NCBI GenBank assembly: GCA_965203175.1
Contig: OZ241867.1
Coordinates: 1,248,001 to 1,312,000, forward strand
Reading direction: 5' to 3'
Length of the DNA: 64,000 nt
Source: Candidatus Latescibacterota bacterium
GTDB lineage: Bacteria; Latescibacterota; UBA2968; UBA8231
The notes below the pieces were generated by a model that saw nothing but the letters and a program-made list of their open reading frames with translations, was not told where the DNA came from and did not search any database. A program made the position numbers and the translations under genes. This document shows positions 30,713 to 40,379 of the stretch, one piece after another; within the stretch, counting starts at the first letter, position 1; every line of letters starts with the position of its first letter.

Positions 30713-30756
30713 GGCCCAAACAACATCGCCGTTTTCTATGAAGTGGAGGACAAATC

Positions 30757-31200
30757 GTGAAAGTAATTCTGTTAAAGGACATTGAAACCTTGGGTTCGGC
30801 CGGCGAGGTCGTGGAAGTAAAGAACGGGTATGGTCGCAACTTCCTGATTCCTCGCAACGAGGCCTTGGTCGCCACCGCCGCCAACATGGCCCAGTTCGAG
30901 TCTAGGCGCAAACAGCAAGAGACCTTGGCCGAGCGCGACCGCCGGGCCGCCGAGGGCCTCGCCAAAAAGCTGGAAGCGGAGTCGATCACCGCGCAGGTCA
31001 AGGTCGGCGAGGAGGATCGCCTCTTTGGTTCGGTAACCGCTCAGAATATCGCCGAATTGCTCGATGAAAAGGGCTACGAGGTGGATCGCCGCGCCATCCA
31101 CCTCGAAGATCCCATCCGCGAATTGGGCGTTTACAACATCGAAGTGCGCCTCCACCCGGAGGTAGTAGCAGCGGTCAAGCTCTGGGTCGTCAAGGAATAG
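30757..31200 (+). CDS. rplI: 50S ribosomal protein L9
   Basis: MKVILL..LG..GEVVEVKNGYGRNFLIP, LFGSVT. Confidence 0.97.
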   Translation: MKVILLKDIETLGSAGEVVEVKNGYGRNFLIPRNEALVATAANMAQFESRRKQQETLAERDRRAAEGLAKKLEAESITAQVKVGEEDRLFGSVTAQNIAELLDEKGYEVDRRAIHLEDPIRELGVYNIEVRLHPEVVAAVKLWVVKE

Positions 31201-31240
31201 CGCGACGCTAGACGCCCTTCCTCCTCAACGGAGGTAATTC

Positions 31241-32170
31241 ATGCTAGGCAGGGTCTTGTTCCTTTGCTGGATGTGTGCGGCGGCCCTCGGCTGCGGACCG
31301 GAATATTCGGAAGGCCCTTTCGCGCGCGTCGGGCAGGAAGTATGGCGCACGGTAAACAGAAGCCATCGGGGTGCCGACGGCATCTTGGTGCAGGCGGCCT
31401 TGCACACTTTCGCCTATGAGATCTCTCGCGCCTACGCGCGGGCTGAGCGCGAGGACTTGGGGCAGGAGCAGCTCGAATTTCGCATCAAGCAGCTACTCTA
31501 CTCCTACGTCGATGGCACCTACCCGTCCGAAGACGGCACGGACATCAACAGCCTCTACTTGCAGTATCTCATCTACGTAAATCCGTCCTTCGATGCACGC
31601 AATCCCCTGCAAAAACGCTCCTTCAACATCTGGAGGGCCGAATACATCCGCCGGGTCGTCGATGTCATCTACGACTCCAAGTTTCCCATCTTGCGCGACG
31701 AGTACGACGACCGTTGGGGCTTGACGCTCTACAGTCGCCTAGTCTTTACCGTTTATCTGTCGAGCGGAGAGTCTCAGCTCAAGCCTTATATTGCCGATAT
31801 TGGTACGCGCACCTTCTTGGTCAATCAGCGAGGTGCGCGCTTCCAGCCTAGCGGGACGTTTGGTTCCTATCCGTACGAGAGCGACCGTCCCGAAGGAGAG
31901 GTTCTCGACGGCAAGACCTACTACCGAGTCTTCTTCCCCAATCGCAAGAGAGACGACAAGACGCCTATTGTCCGGCGCGACGACGACTATCTCGAGCTGC
32001 AGATCGAGAACTTGGGCGATGCCCCCTTGCGAACCCTGCGCTGGGACTTGCCTCTGGCGTATCCAGAAATGCCTGCGCGGCGCTTGCCGACGGAGGCCGA
32101 GGTGGCCGAGCGCAAGGCGGCTGAGCGGGCCGAGCGCAAGGCGCGGGCCGAAGCAGCGCAAAAAAAGTAG
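31241..32170 (+). CDS. Hypothetical lipoprotein
   Basis: GGAGG RBS; signal peptide ending AALGC; no family recognised. Confidence 0.7.
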   Translation: MLGRVLFLCWMCAAALGCGPEYSEGPFARVGQEVWRTVNRSHRGADGILVQAALHTFAYEISRAYARAEREDLGQEQLEFRIKQLLYSYVDGTYPSEDGTDINSLYLQYLIYVNPSFDARNPLQKRSFNIWRAEYIRRVVDVIYDSKFPILRDEYDDRWGLTLYSRLVFTVYLSSGESQLKPYIADIGTRTFLVNQRGARFQPSGTFGSYPYESDRPEGEVLDGKTYYRVFFPNRKRDDKTPIVRRDDDYLELQIENLGDAPLRTLRWDLPLAYPEMPARRLPTEAEVAERKAAERAERKARAEAAQKK

Positions 32171-32224
32171 CACCGTAGGTCTCGTTGGTGCTATTGGGAA
32201 GTCATTTTATATTGAAGACTTTGC

Positions 32225-32323
32225 GGGAGCGGATGCGTGCCTGGTGGCTGTCGCGGACTTCAAATCCGTTGCGGCGTAGCGAGAGTTGCGCTGGGTGGGT
32301 TCGATTCCCACACGTTCCCGCCA
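32225..32323 (+). tRNA. selC: tRNA-Sec (TCA)
   Basis: GCGGA-CTTCAAA-TCCGT anticodon arm, TGGT D loop, 9-bp extra arm with GAGA loop, GTGGG-TTCGATT-CCCAC T arm, GCCA end. Confidence 0.93.
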
Positions 32324-32360
32324 GATTTTAAATACCTGTAAAGATAGCGAGAGACAAGCG

Positions 32361-34994
32361 ATGAAATGGACTTTGGCAGCGGTGGCGTTGTTGATGGTGG
32401 CACTGGCGTGGGCTCAGGACGCGGCGGTGGCGCTAAGTGCGCCCGAGACAATTCCGAGGGACCGTCCGAGCGAGAACATCGCGCTCGGGGCGAGCTATAC
32501 GCTGGAGCCGGGGCCGAACTACGGGCTTTGCACCGACTCCGGTGACGCCGAGCAACTGACGGATGGGGTGTACACGGACGGCTATTTCTGGGCACAGCTA
32601 TCGACCGTGGGCTGGCAGGAAAAGACGCCCTCGATCTTTACGCTGGACCTGGGCAAGGTGATGCCGATACGGGGAGTATCCTTCAACACGGCGGCGGGGT
32701 TCGCGGACGTGAGATGGCCCCTGACGATCCGCATCCTCGTGGCGGGTGAGGACGAGGAATTCCACGAGATCGGGGACCTGGTGGAGTTGAGCGCCCAACA
32801 ACACGGCCCACTCGTGCCGGAGAGGGCGAGCGATGTCATGTCGGTGAGCTTCAACGAGGCGGAGATACATCATCATTACGACGCCAACCGGGATCGCTAC
32901 CCGCAGAAGCTCACCCCCGAATTACGTGAGCAGATCCTCCGTGATCTCCATGAAGCGGTCGCCACCCAATACGGGACGTATCGGTACTGGACGGACCGGT
33001 TGCGGGCGCACGGACGCTATGTCAGCCTGGTGGTGTGGAACGAGCCCTACACGTTCGTGGACGAGATCGAGGTCTACGCGGGAGAGCCGGAGTGGGTGAA
33101 CGAGCCTCTTCCGGGGCCCGCCATCGCCGACGTGAAGGCGTACGCGGGCCGGCTCGCCATTCAGAAAGGGATCCGGACGCGCCTGATGCGTGACATCGAG
33201 TCCCTGAGAAAGGCGGCGGAAGAGAAGGGTATCCCGCCGCAGACGCGGAATGATGTGCTGGCCGAACTGGCGGCCGTGGAAGGGGAGATGGGGCCGGCCA
33301 CGGCCTTCAGGGATGACTTCCAGGCCGTGCTGCCTCTGAATCCCTGGCATGAGAGGGTGCTTCGTACACAGGCGTGGCTGTGGCGCGCCAGGGGCCTGGA
33401 GCCGCTCGTGTTCTGGCGCTCGAACCTGTGGGATCCAGTTCCCCTCATCGGCATGCCGGACACGTCGGCGGAACCGGCCGTCGAAGTGCACCTGATGAGG
33501 AAGGAACATCGCGCCGCGGCGTTCAATGTGAGCAACAGCAGTGACCAACCGATGGAGGTGGCCTTCCGCCTGAGCGGGCTTCCCGGGGGCGACAATCCGG
33601 AGTACGTGACCGTTCGCGAGGTGGCCTGGACCGACACCCGGAGGGGAGTGGCGGTGGCCGCGGCCCTGCCTGAGGTTGCCGCGGATGAGGAAGGTCTGTA
33701 CACGGTCTCCGTACCTTCGGGCATGACGCGTCAGGTTTGGCTGACCTTCCATCCGGTGGACGTGCAGCCGGGCACGCACGAAGGCGAGGTCGTCGTGGAG
33801 TCCGTGCAGGGGGGCAAGCGGTTTCCGCTGCGCATGCACCTGTATCCCCTGGATTTTCCGGAAGAGCAGTCGCTGCACCTGGGCGGATGGGACTACACGG
33901 ACCGGATCAGTCACTTTCGCTTGGTGACCGAGCAGAACCGGCCGGCGATCATCGAGCACCTGCGCGAACATCTCGTCGACTCGCCGTGGGCCCTCAAGCT
34001 GGCGCTGCCGCGGGGCACCCACGATGCGCAAGGGGCGATGACGGTGCCGCCCTCCGCCGACTACTTCGATGCCTGGATCGACCTGTGGCCGGATGCAGCC
34101 CAGTACCTCGTCTTCGCGAAAGTGGGCCGACACTTCGAATCGTTGCCCATGGGCACGCCGGAGTTCAACACGGCGGTGAAGGCATGGATCACGTTCTGGG
34201 CGCAGCACATGGTGGCCAAGGGATTGCAGCCGGAACAGTTCGGGCTGCTCTTGGTGGATGAGCCGGACGAGCCGTGGCAGGACGAGCGCATCCTGGCGTG
34301 GGCGAAGCCCATCCGCGAAGCGGAGACAGGAGTCCGCATCTGGGAGGATACGACCCACCGGGACATGGACCGGGCGAATCAGGCGATGATCGATGCGTGC
34401 CACGTCCTGTGCCCGAACTACGTGTCCTTCCTGACGCAGGGCCAGGAGTACCGCGACTACTACCTGAAGAAGCGGGATCAGGGGATCGGGTTGGAGTTCT
34501 ACGCGGCGTGGACGAGCCGCGTCTTCGATCCCTACGCCGGCCGCCTCATGGCGTGGACGAGCTGGCGCTATGGGGCGTCGGCGATCTACATGTGGTCCCT
34601 GACCGACACGGGCGGAGCGTCGTCGTGGAACGAGTATCTCACCTACAAGGATGCGTACTCGCCGATTTTTATCGCCGAGGACTCGGTGACGGCTGGCAAA
34701 CACCTCGAGGCGGCGCGGGAAGGCGTGCAGGACTACGAGTACTTCGCCATGTTGGACCGGGCGATCCGGAAGGCGTCTGCCCAGGGGAGGAAGGGCTCGG
34801 AAGTGGAGGAGGCCCGACGGTTGCTGGAGAGCCTACCCGCGCGTGTCTGTGATGCGGCGGGCCACGGTGGTGAGATCGACACCAGCCAGCCTCTGAGTGG
34901 TTTTCACTGGTTCAACGAGAAAGTGGACCGCACCCTGGCGGACGAGGCACGGATTCAAGTGTTGGCAGCGTTGACGGAGCTGGCCGAGCACTGA
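32361..34994 (+). CDS. Exported discoidin-like plus DUF4091/GH123-like putative glycoside hydrolase, paralog 1 (no C-terminal sorting domain)
   Basis: Signal peptide from ATG 32361; NIALGASY/LTDG/LDLG/DEIEVY discoidin motifs; LVDEP and REGVQDYEYF. Confidence 0.7.
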   Translation: MKWTLAAVALLMVALAWAQDAAVALSAPETIPRDRPSENIALGASYTLEPGPNYGLCTDSGDAEQLTDGVYTDGYFWAQLSTVGWQEKTPSIFTLDLGKVMPIRGVSFNTAAGFADVRWPLTIRILVAGEDEEFHEIGDLVELSAQQHGPLVPERASDVMSVSFNEAEIHHHYDANRDRYPQKLTPELREQILRDLHEAVATQYGTYRYWTDRLRAHGRYVSLVVWNEPYTFVDEIEVYAGEPEWVNEPLPGPAIADVKAYAGRLAIQKGIRTRLMRDIESLRKAAEEKGIPPQTRNDVLAELAAVEGEMGPATAFRDDFQAVLPLNPWHERVLRTQAWLWRARGLEPLVFWRSNLWDPVPLIGMPDTSAEPAVEVHLMRKEHRAAAFNVSNSSDQPMEVAFRLSGLPGGDNPEYVTVREVAWTDTRRGVAVAAALPEVAADEEGLYTVSVPSGMTRQVWLTFHPVDVQPGTHEGEVVVESVQGGKRFPLRMHLYPLDFPEEQSLHLGGWDYTDRISHFRLVTEQNRPAIIEHLREHLVDSPWALKLALPRGTHDAQGAMTVPPSADYFDAWIDLWPDAAQYLVFAKVGRHFESLPMGTPEFNTAVKAWITFWAQHMVAKGLQPEQFGLLLVDEPDEPWQDERILAWAKPIREAETGVRIWEDTTHRDMDRANQAMIDACHVLCPNYVSFLTQGQEYRDYYLKKRDQGIGLEFYAAWTSRVFDPYAGRLMAWTSWRYGASAIYMWSLTDTGGASSWNEYLTYKDAYSPIFIAEDSVTAGKHLEAAREGVQDYEYFAMLDRAIRKASAQGRKGSEVEEARRLLESLPARVCDAAGHGGEIDTSQPLSGFHWFNEKVDRTLADEARIQVLAALTELAEH

Positions 34995-35041
34995 GTCAGG
35001 CGTTTCGTCTTGGTGCGCAGCCCTCGAAGGAGGGTCACGGG

Positions 35042-37771
35042 ATGAGATGGACACTGGCGGTAGCGTCGTTGATGGGGGCACTGGCGTGGGCCCAAGACGC
35101 GGAGGCGGGTCCGGCGGACCGTCCGGACGAGAACATTGCGTTGGCGGCGAGCTACACGATGGACCCGGCACCGAACTATGAACACTGCACGGACGACGAC
35201 GATGTCAAGCAACTGACAGACGGGGTGTACTATCGAGGGGAGGAGAGTTTCTGGACGCAACTGTCGACCGTGGGCTGGCAGGATAAGAATTCCGTGATCG
35301 TGACGCTAGACCTGGGTGCGGTGCAGCCTATACGGGGTGTCTCGTTCAATACGGCGGCGGGTCGTGCGGACGTGAGGTGGCCGCTGGCGATCCGGATCTT
35401 CACGGCCGGTGAAGACAGGCAATTCCACGAGATCGGGGATCTGGTGGGACTGAGCGCGGAACACGGCTGGCCCGTTGCGACGGGGTACGGGACGCACTGG
35501 TACTGGACGGATCGGTTGAGGACGCACGGCCGCTATGTCAGCCTGATTGTGTGGAACGAGCCGTTCATCTTCGTTGACGAGATTGAGGTCTATGCCGGCG
35601 AGCCGGAGTGGGTCGATGAGCCACTGCCCGGGCCGGCCATTGCGGATCTGAAGGCGTACGCGGGCCAGATCGGCATCCAGGCGGGGATTCGGACGCGTCT
35701 TGTGCGGGACATTCAGGCGCTGAGGAGGGCGGCGGAAGAAGAAGGTGTCCCGGTCGAGACGCGGGGCGACGTGCTGGGCGAGCTGGCGTCTGTGGAAGGG
35801 GAGTTGGGACAGGCCGGCACAGCGTTCGGGGATGATTTCCAGGCCGTGCTGCCGTTGAATCCGTGGCACGAACGGGTGTTGCGCACACAGGCGTGGCTCT
35901 GGCGCGCCAGAGGTCTGGAGTCGCTCACCTTCTGGCGTTCGAATCTGTGGGACCTACTGCCGCTCATCGGCACGCCGGACACGGCGGCGGCATTGGCCGT
36001 CGAGGTGCACCTGATGCGGCGGGAATACCGCGCCGCGGCGTTTAATGTGAGCAATAGCAGCGATGAGCCGATGGAGGTAGCGTTCCGCCTGAGCGGGCTG
36101 CCCGGCGGTGACAATCCGGAGTATGTGACGGTGCATGAGGTGGCCTGGACGGACACCCGGAGGGGAGTGCCAGTGGCCGCGGCCCTGCCGGAGGTTGTTG
36201 TCGAGAACGATCTGTATGCGGTGACCGTGCCGTCGGGCATGACGCGGCAGGTGTGGCTGACCTTCCATCCGGTGGATGTGGAGCCGGGCGTGTATGAGGG
36301 CGAGGTCGTCGTGGAGTCCGTGTCCGGGGGCAGGAAATTTCCGTTGCGCATGCACCTGTATCCCTTGGATTTCCCGGAGAAGCAGTCGCTGCACTTGGGC
36401 GGCTGGGACTATACGGATCAGGTGGGGCATCACCGCCTAGTGACAGAGCAGAACCGGTTGGCGCTCATTGAGCACCTGCGCGAACATTACGTCGACTCGC
36501 CGTGGGGCCTACCCTGGGCGCTACCTCGGGGCACGCACGATGCGCAGGGGGCGATGACGGCACCACCCAACACCGACCACTTCGATGCCTGGATCGAGTT
36601 GTGGCCGGACGCGGCTCAGTACCTGGTGTTCGCCAAAGTGGGGACGCAGTTCGAGTCGTGGCCCATGGGCACGCCGGAATTCACAACCGCGGTCAAGGCG
36701 TGGGTGACCTTCTGGGCGGCGTACGTGGAGGCGCAGGGGTTGCAGCCGGAACAACTGGCGCTGCTGCTGGTGGATGAGCCTCGCGAGCCGCGGCATGACG
36801 AGGTTATTCTGGCGTGGGCCAGGGCTATCCGCGAAGCGAACACAGGCGTCCGCATCTGGGAGAATCCGAACCACCGGGACATGGACCAAGCGAATCAGGC
36901 GATGATTGACGCGTGCCACGTGTTGTCCCCGCACCGTCAGATCTTCCTGAACGAGGGCCAGGGCTATCGCGACTACTACGTGCAGAAGCGGGATCAGGGG
37001 ATCGGATTGGAGTTCTATTCGGCGTGGACGACTCGACTTTTCGATCCGTACACGGCCCGGCTTACAGCGTGGACGAGTTGGCGCTATGGGGCCACGGCGA
37101 TGCACTTCTGGTCGATGGGCGACACGGGCGGCGCGTCATCGTGGAACGAGTATCTGGCCTCGAGGGATTCGTACGCGCCCTTGTTTATCGCTGAGGACTC
37201 GGTGACGGCCGGCAAACACCTTGAGGCAGTGCGGGAAGGCGTGCAGGACTACGAGTACTTCGCGATGCTGGACCGGGCGATCCGGGAGGCGGCGCAGGGG
37301 AGTCCGGCGGTGGAAGAGGCGCGTGGGTTGCTGGAGCGTCTGCCGGCCAGTGTCCTGGAAGCGGCGGGCCAGGAGACCCATTGGCTGAGCGAGAGCGACC
37401 GCACGCTGGCGGACGAGGCCCGGGTTCGCGTGTTGGCGGCGTTGACGGCGCTGACGACGCCGACTGCTGTGGCGCAGCCGGTCGCCGTGCCCTATGAGTT
37501 CCGGCTGGACCAAAACTATCCCAATCCCTTCAACCCCAACACCACGATCGAGTTTTCGGTCCCTATGCGGGGCGATGTCGAACTGACGATCTACAATCTC
37601 GCTGGCCAGGAAGCCCGGAGATTGCTGCGCACGGTCCTGGCTGCCGGAAATCACTCGGTCACCTGGGACGGCCGGGACCAGCGCGGACGTGAACTGGCCA
37701 ATGGCGTGTATATCTACAGGCTGCAGGCGGGGGAGCAGGTCGATACGCGCAAACTACTGCTGCTGAAATAG
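35042..37771 (+). CDS. Discoidin-like plus DUF4091/GH123-like protein, paralog 2, with FlgD-Ig/T9SS type-A-like C-terminal domain
   Basis: Long near-identical blocks shared with paralog 1; tail LDQNYPNPFNPNTTIEF...IYNLAGQ...WDGRD...GVYIYRL. Confidence 0.75.
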   Translation: MRWTLAVASLMGALAWAQDAEAGPADRPDENIALAASYTMDPAPNYEHCTDDDDVKQLTDGVYYRGEESFWTQLSTVGWQDKNSVIVTLDLGAVQPIRGVSFNTAAGRADVRWPLAIRIFTAGEDRQFHEIGDLVGLSAEHGWPVATGYGTHWYWTDRLRTHGRYVSLIVWNEPFIFVDEIEVYAGEPEWVDEPLPGPAIADLKAYAGQIGIQAGIRTRLVRDIQALRRAAEEEGVPVETRGDVLGELASVEGELGQAGTAFGDDFQAVLPLNPWHERVLRTQAWLWRARGLESLTFWRSNLWDLLPLIGTPDTAAALAVEVHLMRREYRAAAFNVSNSSDEPMEVAFRLSGLPGGDNPEYVTVHEVAWTDTRRGVPVAAALPEVVVENDLYAVTVPSGMTRQVWLTFHPVDVEPGVYEGEVVVESVSGGRKFPLRMHLYPLDFPEKQSLHLGGWDYTDQVGHHRLVTEQNRLALIEHLREHYVDSPWGLPWALPRGTHDAQGAMTAPPNTDHFDAWIELWPDAAQYLVFAKVGTQFESWPMGTPEFTTAVKAWVTFWAAYVEAQGLQPEQLALLLVDEPREPRHDEVILAWARAIREANTGVRIWENPNHRDMDQANQAMIDACHVLSPHRQIFLNEGQGYRDYYVQKRDQGIGLEFYSAWTTRLFDPYTARLTAWTSWRYGATAMHFWSMGDTGGASSWNEYLASRDSYAPLFIAEDSVTAGKHLEAVREGVQDYEYFAMLDRAIREAAQGSPAVEEARGLLERLPASVLEAAGQETHWLSESDRTLADEARVRVLAALTALTTPTAVAQPVAVPYEFRLDQNYPNPFNPNTTIEFSVPMRGDVELTIYNLAGQEARRLLRTVLAAGNHSVTWDGRDQRGRELANGVYIYRLQAGEQVDTRKLLLLK

Positions 37772-37809
37772 CGGCATCGGTCGCCCGGCAGTCATCGGAG
37801 AGTCTTGCT

Positions 37810-39045
37810 ATGAAGCGCGTTAAGGCGTGGGGCTTTACCGTTGCAGTTGCCGCGGTTCTCGGCAGCTTCGCCCTGCTATACTTCAACTATCTCGCAAACG
37901 GGACCGTCGACCCGCCTCACGCTTTCCGGGGAGCGGCGAGCACGAGTGAAGCCTGCCGACCCTGTCATCAGTCGATCTACGACAGCTATATCAAGACTGG
38001 GCACTACCTCACTTCCACGGTCGCCACCAAGGAGACCGTTATGGGCGACTTCGGCGAAGGCCGCGATGTCGCGCGCACGCCGCTGCCAGACCTGAAATTC
38101 GCGATGGAGGAGAGGAGGGGCGGGTTTTTTCAGACAGCTGTGTACACCAAGGACACGACAGAAACATTCACCAAGCCCCTTCAGATTGTGGTGGGCTCTG
38201 GAGAGCGGGCGCAGACCTACCTGTTCTGGGAGGGGGACAGACTGTTTCAGCTGCCGGGGATGTACTTTACCCCGGAAGAGACCTGGACGCTCGCGCCCGG
38301 CTATGAAAACTGGATCATTCTGTGGGGGGATTTGCCGAACAAAAGTCTGGGAATGCTGTACCAACGACCGATCGGCGGACGCTGCATAGAGTGCCACGCC
38401 GCGACGGTCATGCCGGTAGGCTCGCCGGCAGGGTTTCGATTTCATCCCGACAGCTTTGAAGTAGGCATCAGCTGCGCCAAGTGTCACGGTCCCGGCGCGC
38501 GACACATTGCTTTCCACAAGCAGAACCCGGCAGCAGAGGAGGGCCGGCACATCGTCAACCCGGCCAGCCTGAGTCGATCGCAACAGATCTCCTCCTGCGC
38601 CCTGTGCCATGCGGGGGACGGCGTTCCGAAAACACCGCCGCTGTCATTCCGTCCGGGAGACGAAATCTCAGAGCATCTCATATACACGAAGGCGGAGCAG
38701 AAGAAGCTGTCGGTCCACGGGGGGCAGGTGCAGTTCCTCCAGGAAAGTCGCTGTTTTGCAGAGTCGGGCAGCATGACGTGCTCCACCTGCCACAATGTAC
38801 ACGAAGACGAGACGGACAAGACCGCGATGTTTTCGCGGAAGTGCCTGACCTGTCACGAGCAGTCCCACGCTGAAGATCCCGAATGCGCCCTCAATGCTGA
38901 GGGCGGGATGCTAGCGCAGGGCGACCGCTGCACTGAATGCCACATGCCCGATCAGCAAGCGAGCAATCTACCGGTGTACCGCGAGGGAGAGGAGTTGTTC
39001 CTGTCAATGGCCAATCACCGCATCGGGATTTTCAAGGATCAATAG
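37810..39045 (+). CDS. Membrane-anchored multiheme c-type cytochrome (7 CxxCH)
   Basis: CRPCH, CIECH, CAKCH, CALCH, CSTCH, CLTCH, CTECH; N-terminal TM. Confidence 0.9.
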   Translation: MKRVKAWGFTVAVAAVLGSFALLYFNYLANGTVDPPHAFRGAASTSEACRPCHQSIYDSYIKTGHYLTSTVATKETVMGDFGEGRDVARTPLPDLKFAMEERRGGFFQTAVYTKDTTETFTKPLQIVVGSGERAQTYLFWEGDRLFQLPGMYFTPEETWTLAPGYENWIILWGDLPNKSLGMLYQRPIGGRCIECHAATVMPVGSPAGFRFHPDSFEVGISCAKCHGPGARHIAFHKQNPAAEEGRHIVNPASLSRSQQISSCALCHAGDGVPKTPPLSFRPGDEISEHLIYTKAEQKKLSVHGGQVQFLQESRCFAESGSMTCSTCHNVHEDETDKTAMFSRKCLTCHEQSHAEDPECALNAEGGMLAQGDRCTECHMPDQQASNLPVYREGEELFLSMANHRIGIFKDQ

Positions 39046-39078
39046 CGCACCGTCTATCGCGTTAGAAAGGGGGAACAC

Positions 39079-40149
39079 TTGATCAAGCAAGCATGTGGAC
39101 TCGCAGCGGTCGCCCTGCTGGGTATCGCACCTTCTCAAGCTCTGCAGCGCACCGACACGGAATTCAAGATCTTCCAGTTCCCCGCCAACATGATTCCCCG
39201 CATCGACGGTCAGGCTGGCGACTGGGCGATGGTACCCGACAGCTACGCATACGGAACCGACCAGCTTTCCGATACGGTCATGGGAAACTTCACCAACTAC
39301 GACCGCGAAGATCTGGACGTCACCGTGCGCGTCGGTTGGGTCAAGGGCCTGAACCGGCTCTATTTCCTCTACGAGGCGTACGACGACTACTGGAATATGT
39401 ACGACAAATACGGCGACTTGTTCGAAATTGCAATCGACGCGGACCGGTCCGGCGGGCCGAACATTGCCAATCCCCAGATCGACGATCCGTGGGAAAGCCA
39501 CTTCCTGTTTAAGGGCGTACACGCCCAGAACTACCATATCTTCACACCTGCCGGAGAAGGACGGGATTGGGTGTTCGTCTGGGGGTGTCAGCCGTGGATC
39601 GGTAGGTTGCCGTACGCCAATCACGCGTACTCGTATGATTTCGAGGAGGGGGAGAGCGGCAAGCTCGTGCTGGAGTTCTGGATCACGCCCTTCGACTACG
39701 CTCCGTACGATGGCCCAGAGCGGGCAGCCGTGTCGAAGCTGGAGGAGAACAGCCTGATCGCCCTGTCTTGGGCCGTCCTCGATTTCGACGAGGATCACAC
39801 AGAATACGAGGGGTTCTGGAACCTTTCGCACGAGACGCGCATGGACAGCGACGCCTCGAACCTGTGCGCATTCCGATTGATGCCGCTGGAGCCGGAATAC
39901 CTCAAGCCGCTCGAGGCGGAATACTCCTTTACGATGATCGACATGGATCGCCGGATGGTCGCCTTCACGGATCGGTCCCGCGGAGAGATCACATCGTGGT
40001 CGTGGGACTTCGGCGATGGCACGTCGTCCACCGAACAGCACCCGATTCACCAGTACGAGGGACCGGGCGAGTTCGTGGTTACACTGGACATCGAGGGTCC
40101 GCAGGGAAAGGCCCGGCGCGTCAAGGTGAACCAGGTGGTGGTAAAGTGA
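39079..40149 (+). CDS. Exported protein with DOMON/CBM9-like N-domain and C-terminal PKD domain
   Basis: PRIDG..GDW; FTDRS.G.ITSWSWDFGDGTSSTEQHPIHQY PKD signature. Confidence 0.8.
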   Translation: MIKQACGLAAVALLGIAPSQALQRTDTEFKIFQFPANMIPRIDGQAGDWAMVPDSYAYGTDQLSDTVMGNFTNYDREDLDVTVRVGWVKGLNRLYFLYEAYDDYWNMYDKYGDLFEIAIDADRSGGPNIANPQIDDPWESHFLFKGVHAQNYHIFTPAGEGRDWVFVWGCQPWIGRLPYANHAYSYDFEEGESGKLVLEFWITPFDYAPYDGPERAAVSKLEENSLIALSWAVLDFDEDHTEYEGFWNLSHETRMDSDASNLCAFRLMPLEPEYLKPLEAEYSFTMIDMDRRMVAFTDRSRGEITSWSWDFGDGTSSTEQHPIHQYEGPGEFVVTLDIEGPQGKARRVKVNQVVVK

Positions 40150-40379
40150 AGGGCGCGGATCACAGCCGCATGTTCAGGTCTCGTTACCGTCAATTGGCAA
40201 AGCACTAGTGGGCCAACCAGTTTAATTTGAAGGGTCGGGGTTTTTGTTGTATCCTTGCATGGCCTAGTTCAGCCAGCCGCGCCTAGACATTCACAATCCG
40301 ACGGGCGCTCGACATTGCGACGCCAATTTTGGCGTCGGACCGCTCAATGGTATCAGCTTCCTCTAACTCTTTCTGCCAG

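Noticed and set aside
32286-32360. ORF-track start of the 902-aa protein at 32286
   Set aside because: It overlaps tRNA-Sec. ATG 32361 gives a signal peptide matching the paralog's start (MKWTLA vs MRWTLA).
32922-34703. 593-aa antisense ORF, and similar long shadow ORFs such as 15218-16360 and 39004-40050
   Set aside because: They lie opposite or out of frame to well-supported genes in GC-rich DNA, have R/P/G-rich low-information translations and show no motifs.
40318-40337. Palindrome CGACGCCAA-TT-TTGGCGTCG upstream of the CTD/TPR/CRTAC1 genes
   Set aside because: Single 9-bp inverted repeat with no second copy or adjacent regulator. Could be an operator but is unsupported.
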